DNA of 64,000 nt from a virus (IMGVR_UViG_3300030333_006551:32001-96000), one strand, 5' to 3'; shown: positions 25,892 to 36,236, counted from the stretch's first letter. Notes: a model not told the origin generated them from the letters alone. Translations and numbers: made by a program.

Positions 25892-26878
25892 ATGGCAACA
25901 GTAGTAACAAGTCCCGTATCAAAAAAAATAAACACAGCGTTTTCACCTGGATATTTAAGTTTTTCTAGTACTGGTCCAGTATCAGGTGTTTCTAGTGTTG
26001 GGTATTTTTCTGGTCCACACTATGTAGAAACTCAAACATTGACATTTGCATATAAGCGAGTTCCTTACTTTAGATTAGTGGAAGGAAATGTAAGTCTAAG
26101 TAGTATGAATTCTGAGTTAGATTGGATGAACACCGTACTTCTTATTCAACTTGACAAGGTTCTCGTAACAAAAGAAAAGGTATACGACTGGTACGAAACT
26201 TCCTCATATATTCAACCCCAAAGATTTACACTATATTCTGTAAGTGCAGATGAAACGGGTCAAACTTATGGAACTCCAGCCGCTGGAACGATGAGTGTTC
26301 AAGGCATAGTTGATACCACACAACCTTATTATTACAGAAGACTTTGGGATGATAGCATTGATAATGAATCTGATATGGGTACTTTCCCCTTAATGGTAGA
26401 ATCTGGGGCGTTTGGAGGGTCACTAGAAGCCTATCAGGGTGATGGATATAATTACCTTATGGCAAATCACCTTAACTGTGGAGTTAGTGCATCACCCGAG
26501 CATCCAATGGATTGGATCAATATAAATGAGCCTCAATTTCGACATTCTATAACCCAATCACAAGGAAATATTAGCTTATTAGCTGCTAGTAACAAATGGA
26601 CTGGACATAGAAATTGCTTTGGAGATCATTTCCCTAACGGTGGATATATTCCTACAAATATAGGAATAACTACCGTTCTTGGTTTGAAACCAGGAACATA
26701 TTCCTCGGATCAAGATGACCCAGGGGATGTTCAGGTTTTAGTTGACAGTATCGGACAACAAATATCTGTTGATATAAGTCAAGGTGGTAATAGCATTGTT
26801 AGATTTGTCAGATCACCTGATGCATTAGGGGTTTGTAACCCTGAGTATGTTCCTGGAAGACATTACTGGGGTAACTAA
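25892..26878 (+). CDS. virion protein paralog 4 of 4
   Basis: Same motifs; ends RHYWGN. Confidence 0.7.
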   Translation: MATVVTSPVSKKINTAFSPGYLSFSSTGPVSGVSSVGYFSGPHYVETQTLTFAYKRVPYFRLVEGNVSLSSMNSELDWMNTVLLIQLDKVLVTKEKVYDWYETSSYIQPQRFTLYSVSADETGQTYGTPAAGTMSVQGIVDTTQPYYYRRLWDDSIDNESDMGTFPLMVESGAFGGSLEAYQGDGYNYLMANHLNCGVSASPEHPMDWININEPQFRHSITQSQGNISLLAASNKWTGHRNCFGDHFPNGGYIPTNIGITTVLGLKPGTYSSDQDDPGDVQVLVDSIGQQISVDISQGGNSIVRFVRSPDALGVCNPEYVPGRHYWGN

Positions 26879-26996
26879 ACTGCGGCGAAGACTTCCCAGG
26901 AATAAAGATCCTCGGTACTGGGAAAAGCGTAATGCTTTTACGAAAAAACTCAAGCGAATTAGGATTGCTGAGTCGAAGAGAAAGTTAGGTAAGCAC

Positions 26997-27686
26997 TTAA
27001 ATAGAGACAGGAAGCCTACCTTCTGTCATTTTTAGAAATGCTGCTCTATTTTGATGCCAAGAATCTCGCCCTGCTAACTCTCCTCTAGATTGATGTAGAA
27101 CTGTAATAGGTACAGTATAGTTTCTTAATCCTCTATTATGGGCTTTGTATGTGTATAAAATATCATAAAAATCCCATTCACCTATAAATCTTTTTGGTTT
27201 TTGTAACCCTATTAACTTTAGTGTTTTTGCAGTTGCTACCAGAAATAATCCATCCATAACAACTGCTTGCCCGTAATTACCATAAAAAGTGGCATCAGCG
27301 GAGGATATATCTTCCCCATGTAGTACATAACCAGTGTGTCTATGTTGTTGCCACAAAGATTGATCCCACCACACAGCGGTTTGTCCTAGTGTTTTTGTCC
27401 CTGCAACACCTAAAAAGCCAGTTTTGGGGTTTTTTAGGTTACTTTCGATTATCTCTTTAAATACTTGAGGACTTGTTGTTATTTTTATATCATCATGACA
27501 GAGTATAATAATATCAGAAGGATCAAGTTTCTCACTATGTAGCGCATTATCATATGCAGCAAAGATAGAGTCTTCGCCCACTAAGATTTTTACCTTTGTA
27601 TCAATACTAGATAAATAGGAGACTAATTCTTTTGTAGTGTCTGTTAAGTCACTAGATCTAGTACAAATAAAGGCGTAATACTGCAT
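26997..27686 (-). CDS. GT2-like glycosyltransferase
   Basis: SIFAAYD, ILCHDD, DGLFL, WDFYD, HQSRG. Confidence 0.8.
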   Translation of the reverse strand: MQYYAFICTRSSDLTDTTKELVSYLSSIDTKVKILVGEDSIFAAYDNALHSEKLDPSDIIILCHDDIKITTSPQVFKEIIESNLKNPKTGFLGVAGTKTLGQTAVWWDQSLWQQHRHTGYVLHGEDISSADATFYGNYGQAVVMDGLFLVATAKTLKLIGLQKPKRFIGEWDFYDILYTYKAHNRGLRNYTVPITVLHQSRGELAGRDSWHQNRAAFLKMTEGRLPVSI

Positions 27687-29244
27687 GTCATATAATAGAA
27701 GCGAAGAAGAACTTTTACTAGAGGAATTTAATAAATGTAAAGAAGACCCCATTTATTTTATTTGTAACTATATAAAAGTTACACACCCTGTTCGTGGTTT
27801 AGTTCCTTTTGAATTATATCCATTCCAAAAGTTAATTTTACAGAATATAGAAAAACACAGATTTAATATTTTAAGAAAGTTTAGACAGGCAGGATGCACT
27901 ACTATTTCGGCTGCCTACTCTTTATGGATGGCAACCTTTCAGACACACAAATCAATTGTTATTTTGTCGGTAGGTGATACGGAATCCACAGAGGTTCTTG
28001 ATCGAATAAAGATTATGTATGAAGAGCTTCCTTTATTTTTACAAGCAGGAATTGTAGAAAGTAATAAACACACTTTAAAATTAAAGACACATTCAATAAT
28101 TAAGTCGAGGCCCTCAGGCAAACAGTCAGGACGATCACTTGCGGGATCGTTCTTGGTTATTGATGAAGCGGCATTCATTGAAAATATTGATTCTATTTGG
28201 GCTGCTGTGTACCCAATTATTTCAACGGGTGGAAGGGCCTTTGTTCTGTCTACAGTTAATGGCGTAGGTAATTGGTATTATGAAACATATAATGATGCCA
28301 TGGCAAAACGCAACTCATTCAATGCTATTGACATTAATTGGAAGCAACACCCTGAATATAGTCGAATTTTAGGGTATGACCATTTGTATGAAGCTATGGA
28401 GCGTCGGGATCCTCCTATGAATATTGATGATTGGGAGAAAGTCACACGATCAAATATGCCATTAAAAAAATGGCTGCAAGAGTATGAATGTGAGTTTTTA
28501 GGAACAGGAGATACATTTATTGAAGGTAGTATTCTTACATCATTACGAGATAATGTAAGCGAAGATTACTATAGAAAATATAACAACCGTATGCGTATCT
28601 GGCAGGATCCAGATCCTTCTTATGAGTACATTATAGGGGTTGATACCGCTTTAGGTCGAGAATTAGATTATTCAGCATTTCAAATTATGAATACTTATAA
28701 TGGCGAAGTTGTAGCTGAATTCTATAGTAATAAAACTCCAATCAATGAATTTTCAAAAATTTTAGCAACAGAAGGCATGCAATATAATACAGCGTTAATG
28801 GTTATAGAAAGAAATACCATAGGAAACAATGTTATTGATTGGCTATATAATCAATATGAGTATGAAAATCTATGGCATGACGAAAAAGGCCATCCAGGAT
28901 TTCAAGTAACTCTTAAAAATAGGGACCAGATTCTTGCTGAATTAGAAGAAGCCATCCGAACTAACATGATTAAAATTAACTCAGAAAGAACCCTAAAAGA
29001 GCTTAACTCTTTTGTACTAACTGAATCAGGTAAAGTTGCTGCTGAAAAAAATAGCCATGATGATCTAATTATGAGTTTAGCTTTAGCTGTTCATGGACTA
29101 AATATATATGTAGAACATTCGCATGTTGAATTTAGAAGAGAAAAACCGTTTAAAAAAGATCCCTTATTCCCTTCTAGTGGAAAAGGTAAATTTAGAACCT
29201 TTAATGGTATGACAGAGGAAGATATAAAATGGCTGATAAGCTAG
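27685..29244 (+). CDS. terL: terminase large subunit (T4 gp17-like)
   Basis: KFRQAGCTT Walker A variant, VIDEAAF Walker B, STVNG, QEYECEF, GVDTA, HDDLIMS. Confidence 0.95.
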   Translation: MSYNRSEEELLLEEFNKCKEDPIYFICNYIKVTHPVRGLVPFELYPFQKLILQNIEKHRFNILRKFRQAGCTTISAAYSLWMATFQTHKSIVILSVGDTESTEVLDRIKIMYEELPLFLQAGIVESNKHTLKLKTHSIIKSRPSGKQSGRSLAGSFLVIDEAAFIENIDSIWAAVYPIISTGGRAFVLSTVNGVGNWYYETYNDAMAKRNSFNAIDINWKQHPEYSRILGYDHLYEAMERRDPPMNIDDWEKVTRSNMPLKKWLQEYECEFLGTGDTFIEGSILTSLRDNVSEDYYRKYNNRMRIWQDPDPSYEYIIGVDTALGRELDYSAFQIMNTYNGEVVAEFYSNKTPINEFSKILATEGMQYNTALMVIERNTIGNNVIDWLYNQYEYENLWHDEKGHPGFQVTLKNRDQILAELEEAIRTNMIKINSERTLKELNSFVLTESGKVAAEKNSHDDLIMSLALAVHGLNIYVEHSHVEFRREKPFKKDPLFPSSGKGKFRTFNGMTEEDIKWLIS

Positions 29245-30998
29245 AAGAAGAACAACTTAATGAAACTGTAGGTGAAACCACATTTGATGTAGGTTCTGGG
29301 CGTGTAGGACCATATTTTTATCCTAGAGGATTTCTTGGGAAGTTTTTCGCAAGATTTTTTGCTACAAGAGCCCAGCCTGCTGTTGTAAAAGAACTTGAAT
29401 ATGACAAACCTTCAGCATCTAAAGGTGATACAATTATACATGATGCACCTGGACTTAAGCCACAACCTGGGGTGCCACTTGCAATCAGTAGGGCTACACC
29501 TGTATCACAAGAGGCAGAGTTAAACCGTAAAAAACGATATAAATCATATGAAAGTATGGATGAGTACCCTGAAGTAGGGTCAGCATTCGACATTTATGCT
29601 GATGATTGTACGCAAAGAAACACCAAAAATGAACGCTGGTCAATTAAATCGGATAGTCCTGAGGTAGTCCAGGAAGTAATGGAGTTATTTGATAGAATTA
29701 GACTAGATCGAGTGTATTGGGATGTTACCCGTAATGCGGTAAAATTTGGTGATTGCTTTTTAGAAACTATTGTGGATGAAAATAACTACACCGCAGGAGT
29801 TCAAAGAGTTAAAATTCTTAATCCTAATTTTATTGTAAGAGTAGAAGATAAATACGGCTATTTAAATAATTTTCTCCAAGAGATCCCAGAGAAATCTAGT
29901 TGGGAGGGTATGGTAAATAATTCGTATGAGTCTCAAAAAACCCAAAAATATATTGAGCTTGATAAGAACCAGATTGTTCATTTTAGATTATTTACTTCTG
30001 ATCCTAAATTTTATCCATACGGCAAATCTATAGCGTCTATGGCAATCCAAACCTTTAAGTCTCTTAAATTAATGGAAGATGCTATGCTTATTTACCGATT
30101 AGCACGGGCACCTGAAAGGCGAATTTTCTACATTGATGTAGGAAACTTACCCTCTGGTAAAGCAGAAATGTTTATTGAACGAGTTAAGGAGAAATTCAAA
30201 AAAGAAAAATACTTTAACCGTGGAGGCTTAGATGAGCGTTATAACCCATTAAGCGCAGATGAAGATTTCTTTGTTCCAGTAAAAGGGAATAACCAAGGAA
30301 CAAAAATTGAGACCCTACCTGGAGCGCAGAATTTGGGGGAAACTGGTGATGTTCAGTATTTCCGTGATAAGCTCTTAGCAGCCCTTAAAATACCTAAAGA
30401 TTTCGTTGTTGAAAAAGATAAGTCTCCTGAGCGAAAAGCTAATCTTTCTCAGTTAGATGTTAAATTTGCTAGAACAATTTCTAGAATTCAACATGCGATG
30501 GAATTGGGACTAGAGCAGATCGCTAGAACTCATTTAGGGTTTAAAGGATTTCCAGATAGCCTTGTTAAAGACCTTAGAATAGAATTACCTGATCCTTCTG
30601 ATATGTTTACTAAGAGGAAGTTGGAAATTGATGAAGCCAAACTTAGAATTATTCAAGGAGTAACTTCCACTGGTTTATTTCCTAAAGAGCATATCTATAA
30701 AGAATACTATGATATGAGTGAGGGAGAAATTAAATGGATCAAAAATCAGCTAAAACAAGAAGCAAAAGAAATGGCTGAACAGCAGGAAGAGATGAATACA
30801 ATTTCTCCTGGCGCAGGTGATCTCAATCAAGGGAACCAGCCAGCAGCAGTACAAAATACGCAACCTATGGCTGGTCCATCGGAAGATAAGATAGATTTGT
30901 CATCTATAAAAAAACGTCTAATCACTGAGAAAGGCGTAGACAGTGCAGAGGTAAAAACCATAAATCGCATCATAAAAAGATTAAACCAAAATAAGTGA
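29229..30998 (+). CDS. portal protein (T4 gp20-like)
   Basis: LMEDAMLIYRLARAPERRIFYIDVGNLP, EDFFVP, IETLPG, ALKIP. Confidence 0.95.
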   Translation: MADKLEEEQLNETVGETTFDVGSGRVGPYFYPRGFLGKFFARFFATRAQPAVVKELEYDKPSASKGDTIIHDAPGLKPQPGVPLAISRATPVSQEAELNRKKRYKSYESMDEYPEVGSAFDIYADDCTQRNTKNERWSIKSDSPEVVQEVMELFDRIRLDRVYWDVTRNAVKFGDCFLETIVDENNYTAGVQRVKILNPNFIVRVEDKYGYLNNFLQEIPEKSSWEGMVNNSYESQKTQKYIELDKNQIVHFRLFTSDPKFYPYGKSIASMAIQTFKSLKLMEDAMLIYRLARAPERRIFYIDVGNLPSGKAEMFIERVKEKFKKEKYFNRGGLDERYNPLSADEDFFVPVKGNNQGTKIETLPGAQNLGETGDVQYFRDKLLAALKIPKDFVVEKDKSPERKANLSQLDVKFARTISRIQHAMELGLEQIARTHLGFKGFPDSLVKDLRIELPDPSDMFTKRKLEIDEAKLRIIQGVTSTGLFPKEHIYKEYYDMSEGEIKWIKNQLKQEAKEMAEQQEEMNTISPGAGDLNQGNQPAAVQNTQPMAGPSEDKIDLSSIKKRLITEKGVDSAEVKTINRIIKRLNQNK

Positions 30999-31056
30999 TT
31001 TTTTCTGGTTTAAATAAGCATATATAACATAGTGCTTTACATTAAGGAAATTAATT

Positions 31057-32916
31057 ATGTTTGACCATATTTTTGAAAATCGCAATAAGAAGCTCGTTAA
31101 TATACTAAAGATAGCTGATTATTTAGGCAGATCTCTTAGAGAGAATATTGAAGTATTCTCTATTAACGACTCCACTCAGGAAGCTATCTTTATCACGGAA
31201 AGTGACAAAATCGTAAAAGGTAATTACGATTTCTCTCAGGGCATCTCTCTGCAAAACATTATAATTGAAGATTCAGATGTCTTCCTTGATGAAGAGCAGT
31301 TCGATACTTTTGTATCCTCAAAGGTTTCTAATTTTATTCAGAATATTTATGAAGAAGATTTCGCAGATGCAGATGATTCTTTTGATAATATTCTTAGCCT
31401 TTGGGAAAATAGAGCGAAATTCTTTAAAGTAAGAAATAATCTTCTTGAAAAAACTGCAAAGTTACATGAAAGACAAGGGATTATTCGTTCTGACAGCTAC
31501 CAAAAGCTAGTTGAGGTTGCTCCTTTAGTTGTTGAATTTTTAGCAGAAAATAGAGAAGCTATAGAAAGTATTCCTGAGGTTAGAAATTCAATTATTTTAT
31601 CAAACACTATATCTAAAGCCTTCGATTGCCCTAGAATTGAGTACGATAATTTACAAGAACAGCAAAGTTATGTTGTTGATGAAGGGCATCAAAAAAGTAT
31701 TTATGAGATGATTTGCAGTCAGGAGCTTGTTCGTAAAGAGTTGTACGAAACAAAGCAAAATTTCGCCTCAATCTGGGTTAATGAGGAAAAGATTTCGAAC
31801 TTAGCAGGGTGTATTTTTGATCCAAATGAAGAGACAATCGAAAAACATCTTGTAGAGGCCATAGAGCAGGTTCCATATTTGGCCTTAGCATCTAAAAAAG
31901 AGCTTAGAACTGTGATAATGAATAGTTTAGAGCTTAGAGAATCCTCTTTAGTTTCTAAAAAGGATCTAAACAGCTTTGTTTCTTACCTTTTTGAAGCTAA
32001 AAAGCCAGTAAAAGCCATGTTTATCCGTTCTTTAAATGAAAAGTACGGTGTTAATGTTCAAAATCTAAAAGAAATCCCCTCTTTTAAGAGTTTAGCAAAT
32101 ACACAAGTAGTTCTTTTCGAATGCCTTGCAAAGGTCGCACCTAAAAATAGTGCAATTAAAGAAATATTAAAGGAAACCAGCAAATTATTACGCAACAGAG
32201 ATGGTGTTGAGTGTTTAGATGTTAATGAAGATATTAAAGTTATCTTTACCGAAGCTGGATTTGAAGGTTTTGAGCCTGAAAATGACATTGAGACACTAAA
32301 CTTTAGTGATATCTCAACTTACTGCTCAAATATTAATGAACTTGTTGATCTTTTAGCCGAAAGACGGGAAAACCCCGAAAGCGTTAACGAGAATGACCTG
32401 CCAGAATACGATGAAGATGCTGTGGTTGATCCTGTTGAAATAGCAGATGAACGTGACGAAGAAGAAACAGAAGAAATTCCTGAATATGATGAGAAGAGAA
32501 CCGTTATTGACGGAGCAGAAATCCATAATGTTTACCCTGAAGAGGATCCTGAAGCTTTGGAAGAAGACGAAGATGAAGGTTATCCTGAAAAGGGTATCAA
32601 GGGAGGCACTAAAGAAGCAGAAGCTGAAGCTGCAAAAAGAAAAAAATCTAAGAAACCTCTTACCTCTAAGCAAAAAAAAGTTATGGATGTAGAGCCTGCT
32701 CCTGATGGAGATGGTGACATTGATGCAAAAGATTTAGCTAAATTACGGCAAAATGAAGAAGCACCTGTTGAGACTGAAGAGCCTGAACAAGAAGAAAAAC
32801 AAAAAAAAGAAAAAAAAGAGGTCAACCCTGAGGAGTACATGAATGCTTTAAAGGAATTAGAAGATGCTCTAAGTAATTTAGACATCTCAGGTACTGAGGA
32901 AGAGGAAGAAGAGTAA
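31057..32916 (+). CDS. putative prohead core/scaffold-like protein with acidic C-terminus
   Basis: Follows portal; Glu-rich tail; EF-hand-like DGDGDIDAKD. Confidence 0.5.
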   Translation: MFDHIFENRNKKLVNILKIADYLGRSLRENIEVFSINDSTQEAIFITESDKIVKGNYDFSQGISLQNIIIEDSDVFLDEEQFDTFVSSKVSNFIQNIYEEDFADADDSFDNILSLWENRAKFFKVRNNLLEKTAKLHERQGIIRSDSYQKLVEVAPLVVEFLAENREAIESIPEVRNSIILSNTISKAFDCPRIEYDNLQEQQSYVVDEGHQKSIYEMICSQELVRKELYETKQNFASIWVNEEKISNLAGCIFDPNEETIEKHLVEAIEQVPYLALASKKELRTVIMNSLELRESSLVSKKDLNSFVSYLFEAKKPVKAMFIRSLNEKYGVNVQNLKEIPSFKSLANTQVVLFECLAKVAPKNSAIKEILKETSKLLRNRDGVECLDVNEDIKVIFTEAGFEGFEPENDIETLNFSDISTYCSNINELVDLLAERRENPESVNENDLPEYDEDAVVDPVEIADERDEEETEEIPEYDEKRTVIDGAEIHNVYPEEDPEALEEDEDEGYPEKGIKGGTKEAEAEAAKRKKSKKPLTSKQKKVMDVEPAPDGDGDIDAKDLAKLRQNEEAPVETEEPEQEEKQKKEKKEVNPEEYMNALKELEDALSNLDISGTEEEEEE

Positions 32917-33446
32917 TGGGTCAAAGAGAAGTAATCCTACCTGTAACCAAAGTATTTACAATGGTATCAGGCGCTACTCAAGTTATTACTTTAGAAGACA
33001 CTACAGGAACTTCTGTTGACGTTACTTATGCTACTTTAATTGATCTTTCTGGAGGACCACAAAATCCTGACGATGATTTAGGTAGTACTGGTTGGATGAG
33101 ATTAGTTCCTGGACATTTCTCAGCCACTAACTGGCAATATAAGGCTTGGTCTTCAGGGGTAGGTTACACTGAAGGTGCTGCTGGCGCACAAGCGGGGGGA
33201 GTTTACAAGACTGATGCAGATGCGGCGGCTGGGGCTGTTGTTTTTGCTTCCTCAATAGATAGTGGTAAGGCAGTTCCTGGTGTTGTTGGCCCTATGGGCA
33301 CTTCATTAGTGTTAACTACTATGGTTCCTTTTGATAGAGTCACTATCGGAAATCACAGTGAAGATACAAAAGTATTTGCTCTAACTTTTGGTAATATTAA
33401 AAACGCTAACAGCCTCAAAGATCAAGAGCAACCCTGGGGTCCTTAA
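32916..33446 (+). CDS. virion protein, tandem paralog A
   Basis: Closely similar to next ORF. Confidence 0.7.
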   Translation: MGQREVILPVTKVFTMVSGATQVITLEDTTGTSVDVTYATLIDLSGGPQNPDDDLGSTGWMRLVPGHFSATNWQYKAWSSGVGYTEGAAGAQAGGVYKTDADAAAGAVVFASSIDSGKAVPGVVGPMGTSLVLTTMVPFDRVTIGNHSEDTKVFALTFGNIKNANSLKDQEQPWGP

Positions 33447-33994
33447 TGTCGCAAAGAGATGTAATATTACCTGTAACTAAGATTTTTACTGTTGCTTCTG
33501 GAGTTACTAAATCAGTTTCGTTAGAGGATACAGCAGGAGCATCAGTTAATGTTACATACGCTACTTTGATTGATTTGTCTGGAGGTGTAGCAGTAAATGT
33601 AGGTCCTACACCCGATGTAGATCAAGCGTCAACCTCTAGCCTTGGTTCTACTGCATGGATGAGACTTGCTCCAGGAAACTTTTCTGGAACGAACTGGCAA
33701 TATAAAGCCTATACTTCTGGTGTAGGATACTCACAAGGATCAGGGACTTTATTTTCTAGTGTCGCACTTAAATTAGGTGCAGGGCCAATATTTGCTTCCT
33801 CAATAGATAGCGCAAAATCCGCGCCTGGTGTTGTTGGCCCTATGGGCACTTCATTAGTGTTAACTACTATGGTTCCTTTTAATGTAGTAACAGTAGGAAA
33901 CCACAGTGAAGAATTACGAATCTTTGCTCTGACTTATGGAGTTGTAAAACAATCTAATAGTATTAAGGATCAAGAGAGGGCTTGGGCACCATGA
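33446..33994 (+). CDS. virion protein, tandem paralog B
   Basis: Closely similar to previous ORF. Confidence 0.7.
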   Translation: MSQRDVILPVTKIFTVASGVTKSVSLEDTAGASVNVTYATLIDLSGGVAVNVGPTPDVDQASTSSLGSTAWMRLAPGNFSGTNWQYKAYTSGVGYSQGSGTLFSSVALKLGAGPIFASSIDSAKSAPGVVGPMGTSLVLTTMVPFNVVTVGNHSEELRIFALTYGVVKQSNSIKDQERAWAP

Positions 33995-34449
33995 AAATAA
34001 TTAATATAGGTACTGCTAATTCCTTATCTTCTAAAATTGATGGTCTTGTTCAGCCCGGTCGTAGAACAATGGCTACAGCAAAAAGATTTGTTAATGCTGT
34101 ATGCATTTTAAGAAGTGGTGGAAAGCCTTATATGAAAATAACCATAAAAAACTCAAGTACTGCCTATCGTGGTATGAAAGGGAATGATCTGAGTTTTCAC
34201 GCAGTTTATAACTCAAATAGATATTTTATGGAGATTCATGATAGTAAATCTAATACCGATAGGTTTGGGCCTAGACTAAATAGTGGTACTAACAAAGATT
34301 CTATTCAAGATATGGTGGATAAAGCTAATAGTAATTCTACTTGGAATCCTCATTTTACTTTTTCAGTTATTCAGGACGCTGATGATGTAACTTTTGATGC
34401 TGATTTTGACGGGCGTGGAACCAGGTTTAGAGGAGGAAGAGGGAGGTGA
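33991..34449 (+). CDS. hypothetical protein
   Basis: ATGA overlap with upstream stop. Confidence 0.6.
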   Translation: MKIINIGTANSLSSKIDGLVQPGRRTMATAKRFVNAVCILRSGGKPYMKITIKNSSTAYRGMKGNDLSFHAVYNSNRYFMEIHDSKSNTDRFGPRLNSGTNKDSIQDMVDKANSNSTWNPHFTFSVIQDADDVTFDADFDGRGTRFRGGRGR

Positions 34450-34452
34450 GTT

Positions 34453-35409
34453 ATGGCTGATTACCGTCCTCTGGTTGTGTCGGGGACTGCATCTAATAGC
34501 GTAATAACGGAGCTTCCTACAAGCTCTATTTTAATAGCTGACGGTGTTCGTTTAGGTGCTTCCGCTCTTTCTATTAGCGGTCATTTAGAGCTAATAGGTG
34601 GTCTCTCAGGTACGCCTTCAGTATCATCTACTGCTATAAATTCACCTGCATTCACTGGTGGAACTTTTACAGGAACAAGTGTTTCCGCTACTGATATTTC
34701 CTCAGTAGGGGTTTCCTGTGTTGGAGGTGGAGGAGCCCACCTATTCATTAGACGGGATGATGGGGCTACATACCCAAATCTTATTAGAGCGACTGATGGG
34801 ACAATAACTCTTCAAACTGAAGATGACATCCATTTTAAATCTAATAATGGCGAAGATTTTGCTAGATTTAATGAAAATGCGGCTGTTTGGTTATATCACA
34901 ATGATTCTAAAAAAATAGAAACACATGCAGGTGGTGCTGTAGTAAACGGAACTTTAAGCGCAACAACGGGTATGGAGTCTAGCGGTTGTCCTGTCCCTCA
35001 GCCTTTTGGTTATATGCAACTCGACAGTGACGGTACAGATAGTGTAGATGAAACTAACTTAGGGGCAGGAGCGACTGTCACTAATATTGTATCCAACACC
35101 GACCATATTAGCTGGAACGATACTGCTAAATACTTTAATGTTAGTGCTGCTGGCGTTTATGAAGTATTGGGAGTTGTTATTCTTGAGGGGGGATCAACCC
35201 TGGTCGATCTCTCTATTCAAAAAAACGGATCGGATGTCTTGGTGGGGCAGCCAAGAGTGCATTCAACGGTTGATCCATTGGAACACACTATTCGAGCAGT
35301 ATTTACATGTGCCGCATCGGATTATGTTAGCATCACTTATGATGCGACTGCTTCAAACTCAGTAAAAGCCATTACGGGCTCTACCATGTCCGTTAAGAGA
35401 TTAAAATAA
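34453..35409 (+). CDS. fibre/decoration protein with C1q/TNF-like C-terminal domain
   Basis: LYHNDSKKIET fibre motif; YFNVSAAGVYEV, IQKNG, DYVSI C1q-like motifs. Confidence 0.65.
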   Translation: MADYRPLVVSGTASNSVITELPTSSILIADGVRLGASALSISGHLELIGGLSGTPSVSSTAINSPAFTGGTFTGTSVSATDISSVGVSCVGGGGAHLFIRRDDGATYPNLIRATDGTITLQTEDDIHFKSNNGEDFARFNENAAVWLYHNDSKKIETHAGGAVVNGTLSATTGMESSGCPVPQPFGYMQLDSDGTDSVDETNLGAGATVTNIVSNTDHISWNDTAKYFNVSAAGVYEVLGVVILEGGSTLVDLSIQKNGSDVLVGQPRVHSTVDPLEHTIRAVFTCAASDYVSITYDATASNSVKAITGSTMSVKRLK

Positions 35410-35642
35410 TGATTACACAAGATAAAAAAAATATACTCTCTAAAGAGACTTTAATGCCGATGGGCATGGTGCTAGTTCTTTGTGGAGGTGTAGTTTGGAT
35501 TAGTAATCAACTAAGTTTAATTCATAATAAGTTAGAGTTATTAGAAGCAAGTTTAGAAGATCAATGGACTAGACGAGATATGGAAAACTGGGCATTAAAA
35601 TTAAAACTAGAAAACCCTGACATTACACTTCCACTTGACTAG
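35409..35642 (+). CDS. small membrane protein
   Basis: TM segment followed by coiled coil. Confidence 0.55.
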   Translation: MITQDKKNILSKETLMPMGMVLVLCGGVVWISNQLSLIHNKLELLEASLEDQWTRRDMENWALKLKLENPDITLPLD

Positions 35643-35662
35643 ATATTTAGGAGGGATTACTT

Positions 35663-36229
35663 ATGAGTAAACTTATTTTAGTATTATTTTGTTTGGTTAC
35701 TTTTAGTTCTACAGCTTTATCCCAAGATAGAGGTCGCATGGATTTAGATGCGATAAAGACCCGTGTAGAGGGTGCAGTAGAATCAGGTAGAATGACTCAA
35801 AAACAGGCAGATGCCTTATATAAGGAGTTAAAAGGGCGTAAGGCTCTTGAAAAAAAAGACGATGGCGTACAGCGAAAAGGTTTTAGATCATTACCACAAT
35901 CCAAGGAATGTGGGAAGTTTCAAAAAGGGCGAAAAGGATGTAGGAACGGGAGTAGTCGGGGCTCCAGAATGCGGAGATGTAATGAAGCTGCAAATAAAGG
36001 TAGAAGGGGATCTCATCGTGGATGCCAAGTTCAAGACTTTCGGATGTGGCAGCGCAATCGCTTCTTCCAGTCTCGCCACGCAATGGATCAAAGGCAAGCG
36101 GCTGGACGAGGCAAACGCGATCACAAACTCCCAAATAGTGAACGAGTTAAGCCTTCCTCCCGTAAAGATTCATTGCAGCGTTCTGGCAGAGGACGCGATA
36201 AAAGCCGCAATAAAAGACTACAAAAATAA
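35663..36229 (+). CDS. secreted protein; true C-terminus uncertain (overlaps iscU)
   Basis: Sec signal peptide; GGAGAGG RBS; frame stays open across nearly all of iscU. Confidence 0.5.
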   Translation: MSKLILVLFCLVTFSSTALSQDRGRMDLDAIKTRVEGAVESGRMTQKQADALYKELKGRKALEKKDDGVQRKGFRSLPQSKECGKFQKGRKGCRNGSSRGSRMRRCNEAANKGRRGSHRGCQVQDFRMWQRNRFFQSRHAMDQRQAAGRGKRDHKLPNSERVKPSSRKDSLQRSGRGRDKSRNKRLQK

Positions 36230-36236
36230 TAACTAA
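35862..36236 (+). CDS. iscU: Fe-S cluster scaffold protein IscU
   Basis: YSEKVLDHYHNPRNVG, APECGDVMKLQI, FKTFGCGSAIASSS, LPPVKIHCSVLAEDAIKAAI. Confidence 0.97.
   Translation: MAYSEKVLDHYHNPRNVGSFKKGEKDVGTGVVGAPECGDVMKLQIKVEGDLIVDAKFKTFGCGSAIASSSLATQWIKGKRLDEANAITNSQIVNELSLPPVKIHCSVLAEDAIKAAIKDYKNNN

Noticed and set aside
22993-26878. Diversity-generating retroelement
   Set aside because: No reverse transcriptase and no template/variable repeat pair with adenine-specific differences seen.
26847-27035. Basic ORF between paralog 4 and the glycosyltransferase
   Set aside because: It overlaps both neighbours and lacks a convincing start or RBS; it cannot be supported.
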